Program-made: the position numbers and the translations under genes
Source of the DNA: Amphiscolops sp. MND2022
Taxonomy: Eukaryota
DNA: 64,000 bases
Assembly (NCBI GenBank): GCA_964187785.1
Contig: OZ076409.1
Coordinates: 15,564,001 to 15,628,000 of the forward strand
Reading direction: 5' to 3'
Shown here: piece after piece, positions 24,631 through 37,300 of the stretch
Layout of the letters: each line of letters begins with the position of its first letter
Numbering within the stretch: the stretch's first letter is position 1
Notes under the pieces: generated by a model
Told to the model about the DNA's origin: nothing
The model's input: the letters and a program-made list of their open reading frames with translations, nothing else
Databases searched by the model: none

Positions 24631-25875
24631 GTATTTTTAAGTTTATATCAATTTTTAACAAACTGCCAGATCATCACAATCTGCCATTTTTTCATGACAT
24701 GCTGCAATATTGGTACCAGTCATGAGTATCTGTAATCGTATTTTGGGATTTTTCGTTTCAATCAAAACAGTTTCCAATAATATAACTTGTTAAAAAATGT
24801 CTTTCGTGAGGACAAAAAGGAAGCCTTTTCAAATGCCACATTTTCAAAAAATGCCATGTAAAATTGTTTTCAATCTTTTCGTGTTTTGACGTACTACTGT
24901 GCGAGCAATACTTGGAAGATAGCAGAACTGGTTGATGAAGAATAAATTAGAAACTATACAGGAAAGTGTAAGGCAACAGCAACTGAATATCTGAACTTTA
25001 TCGATGTCTAAAAAAGCTGACAGGTGCTAGTAATTAAAGTTTTCACAAATATTCGTTTTTTCTAACACCAAGATTAACTTTCAATGTCAATCTATCACAC
25101 TCTCCATTTTTTGGACAAAACTTGGGAAACTAACGTTTCATCAAGTTAAGTTCATTTATGTTTCACATGTTATCGGTATCACAGGTATTCATTTCAAGTT
25201 ACATGACTTCTCAAAGTGTTCAGGATGTTTTAATGTTTTTCAGTTTTAAGCTCTCTTGGGCTCTCATTGTTCTCTTTTTTGTTCTACGCCCGCTTTTCCA
25301 CCATCATCGACATTCATTACGACGTCGATCCCATATCTTTGAGCTGGTCGTCTCTTTCTTTCTCAACTTTTCAATTATCTCAGATGCGGCAATTTGCACG
25401 AATTTGTTCGTTTCGTCACGTTGACTCATTTCGTAATTATTGTTAGCAGCAATGATTTTCCGTCCTTGTTCTCTTACTTTTCTTTCCAGCAATTTGAATG
25501 CTTGATCACCTTCATGCTTTCTCGCCGTCTTTGACTGTTGTTGCTCACTCTGTTTACTTTCCACTCTAAGTACATGTACCGAGTACGGCGCACGCGACAA
25601 TTTCATCGATTTTGTCATTTCCGAGGGTGTTGTCTCTTCTTCTGAAATAGCATTAATTTAAGTAATGGTATTTACCGTAAACCAATCATTCTATGATTTT
25701 TCCGCCTTCACTGTGTTTCCTTTTATTTCACTTGGCCCAAAAAGAAACCACTCATGAGTATTAAACCAGCAAATAATTCTAAATCGTTAATTGAGTATTT
25801 CGCTTCAAAATCCGTTTAAAATCTTAACGCAAATGTTACTGGTTTCCATTCTTGGTTATATTGCTGTTGCTAGCG

Positions 25876-26334
25876 TAATGATCATGCAAAATGAATATTA
25901 TATTACGCAAATATTACTGTTTTTCAGTTTAGTACCAGTTTTGGAGAAACTACCAGATCATTGAAATCTGCCACTTTTAAATGACATGCTTCAATTTTGG
26001 TACCAGTCACGAGAATCTCTATTCGTACTTTGGGATTTTTCGTGTCAATCAAAACAATTTCCTTTGATATAAAATTGATTTAATTCAAGTTCTTTTGCCT
26101 TTCTAATAATGATCATGCAAAATGAATATTATATTACGCAAATATTACTGTTTTTCAGTTTAGTACCAGTTTTGGAGAAACTACCAGATCATCAAAATCT
26201 GCCACTTTTAAATGACATGCTTCAATTTTGGTACCAGTCACGAGTATCTCTATTCGTACTTTGGGATTTTTCGTGTCAATCAAAACAATTTCCTTTGATA
26301 TAAAATTGATTTAATTCAAGTTCTTTTGCCTTTC
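25876..26334 (+). repeat. Two-copy 231-bp direct tandem repeat
   Basis: taatgatcatgcaaaatgaatattat... begins at 25876 and 26107; related sequence is inverted at ~9225-9435. Confidence 0.9.
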
Positions 26335-26392
26335 CAAAAATGATTACATACTCAAAATCAGCGGACCAATGAGAGAGCAGCGGCAAAAGTGT

Positions 26393-26560
26393 CATTACAG
26401 CAGCAGTGTTGGCGTGGAATCCAGGACAAGCACTGTCGTGGAATCCAAGACACGCTCAACATCAAAGGTAAATTTTGTCCTGGATTCCACGACATTGCTC
26501 AATTTTCGTGTCCCGGATTCCACGACAAGCAGCAAAATAGCTTGCCTGTGCACTGTAATG
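26393..26560. repeat. Compact inverted-repeat (MITE/foldback-like) unit
   Basis: Outer arms cattacag...ctgtaatg; inner gtcgtggaatcc(a)(g/a)gaca x2 opposed by tgtcc(t/c)ggattccacgac x2. Confidence 0.6.
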
Positions 26561-26649
26561 GTACTCGGTATTTATTTTTAACATTTTTTACCATTTGTGT
26601 TAAAAACGGAGTGTTAATAACAGTTAATTATGGCAATGTTAATCAACAG

Positions 26650-28125
26650 TGTCGCGACCACAGAGATGCGATGGGTCCGAAGGGCACCAATGAGAAGACA
26701 AACAACAACTGCTATAAAACACTAAACTTAAAAGACTCATTTGTAAATCATGTAACTTGTTTGTTTGTAGACCATTTGTCAATAGTCAGGGTAATTAACT
26801 CATTTCATCTGATAAAACTTGCGTCTTATGTATTTTCTTTGTTTCTGAGATGCCTTAATGATGAACTTAGTCATTGTGATAATGTGGTTATAGTGATATA
26901 GCTCATTTTGAAATGTACAGTGCAAATGATATACGTCATTATACGTTTCGAGTAATGACGAGTATACGTCAATATACGCTTTTGAGCATTTTTCATAACT
27001 TCAGGTATACGTCAGTATGCGGTTCGAGCAGTATCGAATACTCGTCACTATGCGTTTTTCTCAATTAGTCTACTATACGTCACTCTGCGTTTCAAGGAGT
27101 AACGTATATGCGGCATTATGCGTTTTTCGCAGGACTTGCTAAATAACTCTAGCACGTGTTATAATGTTATCTAGAAGCTATTCCAATCGCAATTGCAGGC
27201 CATTTTAAGAGATCCCCAGGGTTCATTAGTTTCTTTTCCCAATCATACTTTTATGATGTCATGTAAATGTGCTATTTTTATAATATAACGTCATCTGACG
27301 TAATCCTACTTTTGTCTCGATTTCATTCAATGACTCCCATAAAAAGGAGTGTCATGTTTTTGGATATTTTGTTTTCGAGGTTGCAATTACAGGAATTCAT
27401 TAAGAATCCAACCTTCATCAAGTGCAGTTACTTTCTCAAATAACTGTAAAACTTTGATATCGCCACTGTAAAACTTCAGCTTTGCTTCTATTGTGGGATA
27501 TAAGACTAATTCAAATTCTTCCCCAAAAGCCAGAAAACATTTTCACTTGAGAATAACATGGGAAATAAAAGAAGCCGAAGGTCTAGAAGACTTGAGACAC
27601 CGTCCCCAGACAGAGAAGTGGAGGTAACACAAATAGAAACCCCTAAAACAGGTAATGAAGCTTTAATTGATCTTAGTAATGTTGCCCAAGGAAATTTAGG
27701 TGAAAATAGCTGTGAAAACCAGTTAACCGAACCTAGTCAAATAAGCAATGAGATGCAAGTTTGGACCCAAATCATGGAACAAAAGAACAACGATATGATT
27801 GAAAAGATGAGAGAAGAAATGGAAAACAAACTTGAAGCGATTCTAAAGGAAATAAAGTCCAATAAGAGTGCATCCACAGTAACTAATCCTAGGTCGGATA
27901 TAAACGAAATGCGAGAAAGCCAACCTTCGGGATCCAAATGGGATAGATCTATAGGAGTTCATGCATCTAATAACGAAAACTCTGATTCCGAGAACGACGA
28001 CTATCCTCTTAGAGCATCTAAAATGAAGGACTTGAAACATCCTGCTAAACCCTTCTTTGAAACTGAAACAGACTTAGACCAAATAGAGCTTTCAAATGAA
28101 GAATCCGAACAAGAGGATTATCACA
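26650..28125 (+). repeat. 5' LTR (1476 bp)
   Basis: tgtcgcgacc...gattatcaca, near-identical to 40918-42900 apart from an insertion in the latter. Confidence 0.95.
26930..27125 (+). repeat. CpG-rich ~32-bp minisatellite in the LTR; related arrays at ~35615-35795 and ~38945-39125
   Basis: Recurrent ta(c/t)(a/g/t)cg(t/g)ca(c/g/t)tatgcg(g/t) at roughly 32-bp spacing, same orientation at all loci. Confidence 0.8.
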
Positions 28126-29231
28126 TGGTGACAGGAGCCAACCGACAACTCCATAGACAAAGCTCCCAGAAACTAAACGACACAGTAGGATCCCACGCAG
28201 ACCACAATTTGTCAAATTCGACAGTAAAACCACTTGACCCAGTTAACCAAATTGCTTTAGCAACAGAAAAACTGGCGAACAAAAACCCTTCACAATCCCT
28301 TTTTCACCCAAAAAATACTCTAACATTCAATGGAAAAAACGAGAAATTTGAATACTTCGAAGACTTATTCCACACGACACTTCGAATGCAACCAAACCTA
28401 ACAGAAGACATGAAGATTAACCATTTTCACGCCCATCTCAGGGGTTTGGCACGTAAGACATTCAAGAACATACAACGAACCCCAACCACGACTTTAGAAG
28501 ACATACTTAAAGTCTTCAGACGAAAATACGTAAAACCGGAATTCAGTGCATCAGCAAAGCACAGATTCAACAGACTCTCATTTGACCCAGAAAATCAGAA
28601 ACTCCCAGATTTTCTAGAAGAACTCCAGGAGAGTGCTGAAAAAGCATTTGGGGAAAACGCCCACCAAATGATAGAGAATTTACTCTATGCTAAAATGCCT
28701 CCCCATCTTAAAAAGTCAATTAATCAAGCCTACCTTGAGAATGGCACATATGATCAAATAGTCAAACATCTCGAAAGAGAGATGGAACTCAACGAACATC
28801 TAGAGGCAGACGAACATCTCGTCAAAACCCAAATGACCGCCACGAAAAAAGAACAAAACACTGAAAAAACCAATAAGAAACAAAATGATAAATCCAAAAA
28901 ACAGACTCCAAAAACGGTACCCGATAAAACCCTCAAGGACGATCAATGCCGGTACTGTAAAGAGGCAGGCCACATGATGGCTGACTGTCCCAAATTGGCC
29001 AGAAGACGCATACTGGAGGAAGACCCAGAGGCTGACAAATGCCAAAACTGCAATACACCGGGACACGATGAAGAAAATTGCTGCTTTGGTGCAAACATGG
29101 AAAATCGATCGCCCAAATGGCTTCTAACAGAAGCCCAGAAAGATGTCATTGAAAATTATAAACAAGCCAAAAAACCAATAAAACCAAAAATAGAACGACA
29201 ACAACAATCCTCTTCGAAGGATTTAAACTAG
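27558..29231 (+). CDS. gag: Gag polyprotein (557 aa), initiating inside the 5' LTR
   Basis: Capsid-like region FNGKNEKFEYFEDLF...; zinc knuckles CRYCKEAGHMMADC and CQNCNTPGHDEENC. Confidence 0.9.
   Translation: MGNKRSRRSRRLETPSPDREVEVTQIETPKTGNEALIDLSNVAQGNLGENSCENQLTEPSQISNEMQVWTQIMEQKNNDMIEKMREEMENKLEAILKEIKSNKSASTVTNPRSDINEMRESQPSGSKWDRSIGVHASNNENSDSENDDYPLRASKMKDLKHPAKPFFETETDLDQIELSNEESEQEDYHMVTGANRQLHRQSSQKLNDTVGSHADHNLSNSTVKPLDPVNQIALATEKLANKNPSQSLFHPKNTLTFNGKNEKFEYFEDLFHTTLRMQPNLTEDMKINHFHAHLRGLARKTFKNIQRTPTTTLEDILKVFRRKYVKPEFSASAKHRFNRLSFDPENQKLPDFLEELQESAEKAFGENAHQMIENLLYAKMPPHLKKSINQAYLENGTYDQIVKHLEREMELNEHLEADEHLVKTQMTATKKEQNTEKTNKKQNDKSKKQTPKTVPDKTLKDDQCRYCKEAGHMMADCPKLARRRILEEDPEADKCQNCNTPGHDEENCCFGANMENRSPKWLLTEAQKDVIENYKQAKKPIKPKIERQQQSSSKDLN
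28126..28140 (+). promoter_or_regulatory. Primer binding site (tRNA not identified)
   Basis: tggtgacaggagcc immediately follows the LTR-terminal CA; TGG is complementary to the tRNA CCA end. Confidence 0.7.
29222..29228 (+). promoter_or_regulatory. -1 ribosomal frameshift slippery heptamer T TTA AAC at the gag/pol junction
   Basis: X XXY YYZ pattern in the gag frame directly before the gag TAG; the -1 frame is open from there into pol. Confidence 0.8.
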
Positions 29232-32200
29232 AAACGCCACGCCTTACAAATACAAAAGAAGAACCGTCGAAGCCACATGACGACTGGCAGCGTCAAGTGG
29301 ATTCTATAAGCATCCAACTCAAACAACTGACGACTGAACCCGACTCACCTTCAACTCCACCACAAACTCCCGAACAACACTTCCCCCAGGAATCTCTCTA
29401 CGAACTCCTGAGCAACGCTCCAGACAATTATTTTACAAACCCCCATCAACCACATCACCCCAATACGGACGTAACACCAACAATTCACCACAACACAATC
29501 ACAAATACTCATGAAACGACAAAGTCTTCTTGCAATGAACCCAAACAACCCCTTTTAGACGATGATATAACTAACCACATACAGTTCGACAAGGAACGTA
29601 ATTTGTCGTTCCTGCCGATCTCAACCTCTCTAACACTGAAACGGAAACGCCATATGTACTATATGCCAATGGACTTCGAAAAACTCACACTGGACGGACT
29701 CATCGACACAGGAGCCCTGACAAGTGCAATTTCCGAGCAAGACTTGAATAAAATCAAATTACTTGCCAACAAATCAATAAAAGACACTGGTCCTCCCCCA
29801 AATTTTCAAATAATGGTGGCCAATGGACAACTCGAAGTTCCAATAGGCACAGTACTTTTAGAATTTGAAGTAGCCGATTTCATGTTACGAGAAAATTTCA
29901 TTATCATGAAAAACCTACCGAACCCCCTAATAGGATTGTGTTTCCTTCGCAGGAACAATGCAATTTTCGATGTCACCCAAGGCATCTTAACATTCCCCTA
30001 TTTGTCAATGCAACTAAAACCCGATACACAAACAACAATACGACAAGCAACACCATTGTTTGCAGAAAACACCTATACTTTACAACCAGGAGAAACACTC
30101 GCCATAGCAAGCAAAATGCCCCATTTGATGGATCACAACGCAACTGGAATCCTTACTCCATCACAACAGTTTGAAAATCACGATAGCATTTTTATCACAG
30201 CATCACTCAGTACCGTGAATAATAACTCTCTTGGGTACCAAATCATCAACTTCTCTGAATTACCCTACACGATAATATGCGACACGCATTTAGCGGATTT
30301 CAAGATATTAACTCCAGAACAAATCAAACATATACAACCAGTGGACCCAGCCTTGTTATCTTTCATGATACAACATGAAGAAACAACAGAAGTCTGCATA
30401 AATGAACTCTTCAAAGTACCACAGCAAAATTCTGAGCAGGAAACATACTGGTTCCCTACTCCTGAAGAACCAGGTGATCCTAACACATACACACCAATCC
30501 AACAACGCATATACAAGGAGCTCCTCGAATTACAGGAACTGGAGAAACTCAACCCAAATGCCAGTGAAACAGCCAGGAATACGTTCCTTTCAAATTTCGA
30601 CTGGTCCGACACAACGCTAGGCCAAGACGAACGACAAGAAATTGAAGAAATCCTGGTTGAATTCCACGACATTTTTGCCAGACATCGTTTTGACATAGGC
30701 ATAAACCGCGAATTCAAAGTCAAACTAACACCAAATGACGACAGACCTGCTTACAGTCAAAGTCTCCCAACCCCTATCAATCTCAAAGATGACATCACTG
30801 TAGAACTTGCTCTTCTACATAAATATGGAATCATAACTACTCTACCATTTTCAAAATACGCTAGTCCAATTTTCGCCCAACGAAAACCCAATGGTCGCCT
30901 TAGACTTTTAGTTGATCTCAGAAAAATCAACAACTTAATCACCGAAGATTATACCAACAACAATCACCCGGTAAGCACTTTATCCGATGCAGCTCAACAC
31001 ATGGCAGGGAAAAAGCTTTTCTGCAAATTGGATTGCTCTCAGGCTCACCACTGCCTCCAGATGGCGGACTACCAATCAATTCAAATGCTCGCATTTAATT
31101 TTGCAAGCAGAACGTTTGCTTACCGACGTCTTGCTCAGGGTCTCAGCAGATCACTCTCAGCATTTTCAAGCTTTATGAGAGAGTACCTGGACAAAGCAAT
31201 TGAAGCAGACCAATGCGCCCAATATGTCGATGACATCGGTATAGCAGCAAATGACACAAAACAATTGTGTACAAATATCAAAACCGTTTTTGAATGCATA
31301 CGCAACGCAGGATTAAAACTCTCCATGTCAAAATGCCATTTTGGAGTCAAACAAGTCGACTTTTTGGGTCGCACAATCACACCCGATGGGGTTGCCCCTC
31401 AAGCCGACAAAGTAAAAGACTTTCTCTCAAAACTTCGTTTTCCCAAATCAAAAAAGGCATTACAGAGGTACATAGGTTTTTAAACTATTACCGAAACTAC
31501 ATTCCACGCCTCTCAGAACGATTATCTCCGTTCTTCAAACTCCTCAAAGAAACGTCCAAATTTTATGTACCAACAAATTTGGTGGAAGATTTTACTAACT
31601 TAAACAAAATTCTTGAAAACTCTTGCCAATTAGCTCTGAAACAACCGATGAAGAACAAGCAACTCATAGTCATGTCCGACGCAAGCTTCACAGCCGCTGG
31701 TTACGCAATCATGATAGAAGACGACCCGAACCAAAAACTACAATCCAAACGCAAAACATATGCCCCAGTAGCGTTTGGCTCAAAAACTTCCAACCCAACA
31801 CAAACAAAAATGTCAATCTATGCGAAAGAATTTCTTTCCATATATTTTGCATTTGTTGAATTGGGTCACCTTATGTGGGGTAGTACCTTCCCAGTTATTG
31901 TCTTCACTGACAATCGTTCAGTAACCCGATTTTTTCAAGCGAAAATGATTCCCCCAGCACTCTGGAATGCCTGCGATTACGTCCTACAATACAATTTTGT
32001 AATCGCCCATGTTGCCGGTTCAATGAACACCGCCGCTGACTTCCTATCTAGAACGGAAGTTAACCCAATCGAAAAACTCGAAATGACTATCCGTAATGAT
32101 ATTCGCACAAAAGCAATCGAAGTGAATATCCAATCATCAGGCATAGTTGAAGAAGAACAAATCCATGTCCTACCTGATGAGGAAGTTGATGAAAATGACC

Positions 32201-34119
32201 TCTGGCAAGAAAAACAAAATGTACGAAACCAAGCCCAAACCGAAACCCACAATGACCCAGAAAATGAGGTCGCTGAACTACAACATTTCCATAAACCCAC
32301 ATCAGGACTGATCTCAATATCATCAGGGTACTTCAAGGACAATGCAAGAATCCGTCTCGAACAGAACAATGACGTAGTCCTTAGAAACCTCCGAGCTAAA
32401 ATTGAAGGTAACCCTTTCGACGAAAACGAATTACAATCTGATTACCGATACCAGCATTATTTACAAAACATAACGCGAATAGAAATCAAACAGGAAGTTC
32501 TCACACGCAAATACTACACAGACACAGGAACCATATCTCACTACCAAATTCTTTTACCAATCCAACTTCTAGAAGAATTTCCACAGGCCTTGCACGGTCA
32601 TAATTCAAATCATCTAGGAATCACCAAGATGATTCAAGAAGCACGCCAAAAATATTACTACCCATGTATGGCTAAATACATCAAAAAATGGGTCAGTAAC
32701 TGCCAAGTTTGTATTCAAACAAAACGCATTAACAATGATCTCCTCCGAACCGAACTTCTTAATTGCCCAGAATGGGATCTTGGCCCAGAAGACCTTCTGC
32801 AGATGGATATTTTGCCAAACCTCCCCCCAAGTGGAGGCTATGATCATATCATCACAGCAATTGATGTCTTCTCAAGATACTTGTTTGCCTATCCTGTAAC
32901 TCGCATAACTGCAACAACGGTTTCAAGAGTTATCATGGATATACTATGCAAGCACACTTACCTTCCAACAACGATAATTACAGATCTAGGCACTCAATTC
33001 AACGCGCAAGTAACGCATGAGGTTGCAGCAGTGCTAGGTATTGAACTTAAACACGCAACAATGAAACATGCCCAAACGATAGGACTCCTCGAGAGAACCC
33101 ATGCCTCAGTCAAAACACACCTAAAAGCTGCAACAGGTGAATTCAGGAACAACTGGCATAAGTACCTACCATTGGCAGTCGTAAACCACAACACAACATA
33201 CCATGCATCACTTGGTTGTGAACCTTCACGAGTTTTCCTTGGTAGAATACCACACAATATCCTAGACTACAAACTTGGGTATAACCCTAATCCACGATAC
33301 CAGCCACAAGCCGATATAGCGGAAGAAATTCAAAAGCGAATGAAAATTCTACTCGATCAAACAAAGAAAAACATCATGCAATCCTATCTCAAACATAAAG
33401 CCTATTATGATCGAAAAGCAAAGGCAGCTCCGCTCGAAACAACGGACTACTGCTATATTCTCAACCCAAAGGCAGATACACAAGCGACAAAAATACCATT
33501 CAGAGAATTCAGATGGTGTGGACCATATAAAGTCGAAAAAGTACTCCCTAACAATAATTACATTGTCCGGAGACTCGGAACTAACAAAACGCAACTACTA
33601 CATAGGATTCGCCTGCGGAAATTCACTACGCAAGCCCCATTATCAGATAATTTCGTTCGTGAAACGGATTGGCAGAAAGATGATCAAATGACTATTGCAA
33701 ATGATGACCTATACGCTCAATCATGGAACACAAACTTTGGCTCTAACCCGTTTGAAGAAAGCCCTTCAGAATTCTCACAGGACACTGAAGATGCTGAATA
33801 TACTCCGATTCAAATACCTGATGATAACCACCCACCCTCCCCAGGATCTTCAAAAAATATTGGGGGGAGCCCAGTGGAACAGACCACTGAACCAAATGAC
33901 AATCATGAAAATGAAATTCCACAACACATCAGTGAAGATGATGAAGATAACCAAAAAACTCAAAAAGAATCAAATAACTCACCAGTTAATGATATCCAAA
34001 AAACCCCAGAAAATTCCCAAAATGCCCCATTACAAGAAGAACCCATAAATACCCGTGGTGAAAAGTACAACTTACGTCCTAATCCCAACCCAAACTACTC
34101 TGACACATATAGATATTAA
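29222..34119 (+). CDS. pol: Pol polyprotein (protease, RT, RNase H, integrase) with one frameshift at ~31480
   Basis: LIDTGA (PR); YVDD (RT); MSDASF..KEFL..FTDNR..AADFLSR (RNase H); H..H..CQVC, LQMDIL..ITDLG..LLER (IN DDE); GPY motif. ORFs 29297-31483 and 31294-34119 join at RYIGF/LNYY, where one T is missing from a T-run. Confidence 0.93.
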
Positions 34120-34361
34120 AAACAACTTTCAGAATCTGACTCATACAAATACTAAGAAAACGACTGCAGAGAGATTTTTCAACTTCCAGCCATTAGCATG
34201 TACTATAGCGTCTTTTTTGCTGGCAACCTTTAACTATATAATAACTAGTGCCCATCCGTAAAGTACAAAGAGAAAAGGCACGAAACAAACCAGAATAGAA
34301 CAAGAAACACAATAGTAAAACGGTTCTACAGAGTATGCTGATGATCAGTTTTTCTTGCCCT

Positions 34362-37300
34362 TCAGATTAGATTAGGCTTCGGATTAGATTTCTTTGTCGG
34401 ATCATCATGAGAAGAACCAGAACAACGGCTCACAGAGACATTAATTTTGCCCAAATTTGGATCAGGAGAAGGACTACTGTTCACGCTACTGGTCCGACTC
34501 ACACTTGGGGTAGTAGTAGTTGAAGAAATTGTTGGTTTATCGTGTCGCAAAACTGCTTTCCGGTACCCTGTCTCTAGCTTTCCCAACAATGACGCCCGTC
34601 GCGGCCCACTTCCTTTCAAGAAGTTCCAAACTGAGAATTTCTTGTCCGCTAACAAATCTGTCCCACGACCCAGTAAACGAAAAACCCGGGTAACGGACTT
34701 GGGGTCTCGATAAAGACTGGAGACATGCTGAATGGTCAGATAAGACATTTGAAGACTTTTTACACAAGATTGGAAAATATTTTCGTCAGATTCCAAACCC
34801 GGAATAGGCACAACAAACTCGGTGGGCATTGCAACCAGAGGAGGCAGACATAAACATGAGAGTTTGTAGAACCGAAGCAATTCTGGCCGACATTGAAGTT
34901 CAGGGTGTGAAGAATCAAAATGGACCCAATCTTCATACTCCGGAACATTTTCGACTCGCAGCTTAGTAACAAATGACCGATACTGGCTAACTATTTTTGC
35001 CTTGTCACTAGAAGTAACTAACCCAGTCGAAACAAAGTGCCCAGACAACTTCTCAATGGCGACAATGTAATTCGCTTCAGGCCCATCTAAGATAACGGCA
35101 GGATCAAAAGCTGAAAGACCTCTAATAAGTTTGGACTTGAGGAGCTCATGACCCAATAGCTGCTTACAGTAGGTCTTGCTGAAACATATCGATTGATCCA
35201 CAAACTTGCCAGGTCGCGGCAATTTGCTGGCAAGGACAAGCTTATGAAAATCCTCATTCAATATGTATTCGTCCGGTGTCTTGAAAGGCAAATCCTGCTG
35301 GGATAAGTCCAATTGTAGATAATGATCCCAATCCGAGATACTTCCCAATTTGACATCTGGGAGGATACTTTGTAATTGGCTATAAACAAATACAGCGAAT
35401 TGATTGAATGTACGGAACCCGCCCGCTACATCTTTCTGTACTTCAGAGAATGCCGAGGTGTCTGAAACACATCAAGTGGATTACCATGCATTACTGTGAA
35501 TGAATGAGAAAAGTTGAAAACAAGTAGAGATTAGTCACCAGAAAAGACAACAATATATATAACGTGTAGAAAATTCATTTTGGAAGTCAACGCTTGAACC
35601 AAAAATTTGAAATTATACGTCATTGTGCGGATCGAGGTGTGTCGACTATTCGTCACTATGCGGATCGAGCCGTGACGACTACTCGTCACCATGCGGAATC
35701 AGCAAGAGTAGTTGACGAAGCCTGCCAGTCGCTTACATTAAATTAATATGCGTCACTACGCGGAACAAGCTGTGATGACTATGCGTCATTATGCGTAAAA
35801 CCAATTATACCTGAAAAAGACCAACTGAAGACGAAATGCCAATGACAACGTAACGAAATATCAAACCAACATGTGTATTTAAGTGAAAAGAATGCTAACA
35901 GTGGTCGAGGACGCATCTTATGATGAAAAGGCGCGCCAGATACGCCGTATCCAGCCGAAAGCACTCGTCTAAGGTGTTTAGCTAGAACAAGAGAGGAGAC
36001 ATGTAGGAGAAAGATTAAAGATATGTAAACCTGAGTTGGTGAAAAAACTTATCAAAGCAATATAACCTCACGCATATGGAAACGATATGGTGGGAGACGA
36101 GACACTCGGAGCAAATGATCGCACACATGATCCCAATTGAGAGAAAGGGCTTCTATAAGTGCGGAAGCTTCTTCAAGGGAGTACTCCGAACGAAGAACAC
36201 TCTGAAAGAAAACAAAGAGTAAACGGGGACACCGAAAAATGTCAACAACCAATATGATATACTAAACTACCTTGTGCAAGAGGGGAATCTTTCTCAGCCA
36301 CTCGCGATCCAAGGCTGTCCTCAACTTCATTAACAGAAAGTCAATGATTGTCCGAAAATCATGGCGCTCTATGATTTGCGCGGTGGGCATCGCAAGACTT
36401 TTTTCAAATTCCTCAATCCCGAAAGTGCATATGACGGTGGGCTGCTGTTTCCCTGGGAGACAAGTAGCCAAACACTCGCTCAACTTCTCTCCAATGTCAA
36501 TGAGAGAGATGCATGTAGGAACTGTGTCAAATAAGCTCAAGAACGAAGACACAAGACTCAGGATTTTCCGTGGCAAGAGCATACCTCGAGGGGCACTGCC
36601 CAGGCAAACTCGGTGCAAAACATTTTCTGACCAAAAATTGAGGATAATAAAGGTCGCAGTTGTAGTATGTTGAAGGGCCAATGAGTAATGTGCGGAAGAA
36701 GAAATTGCAGCTACACAGTATCCCATTAATTCACGAAACATGTACACGAGGATTCCCTGTAACACAAAGAACTGGAGATAACATCGTGTTCAAAATATAA
36801 AGAAACAGAGACATTTTTCCTCGAAAAAGATCGAAAACAGCTAGTTGTACTAAAAACATGTACTTAAAGACAGAATACTTACAAAGAGTCGTTGTGGGCT
36901 CCAGTGTTGAGTGCACAGATGATTACCGGATCCTAATCGAGCAAGTTCATTATAGATCCCAGTCAAACTATCGACGTGTCCTCCATACCGAAGGCCGAAC
37001 TCCAATATACTGATTTGGGACAAAATCTTTTCGGTGGGATTCATTGTGGCACTAAAGTCAGGAACAGTGTTCTGTCCCACGAGTGGTCGACATACGTCCA
37101 ACTGTGGTGTTATCGGATAAGTGTCCTTGGCCTTTTTCTTAGCCTCTTGAAGCACGATACCTAAAATCTCGCGTTCTTCTCTATCGTACAGTGCCATTCC
37201 AAGGACCTCCATCCTGATTCTGTGTTCCTTGACAAGATGACCCTCGGAACGATAGTGAGACAATAGTTCGAGTGTACCACGGCTCATTAAGGAGAGTTCT

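Noticed and set aside
25304..25618. 104-aa coiled-coil-like ORF
   Set aside because: No recognisable motif and no exon partners found; cannot be supported as a gene.
31470..31490. Second programmed frameshift within pol
   Set aside because: A single missing T in a homopolymer inside the conserved GFLNYYR motif is better explained by mutation or sequencing error.
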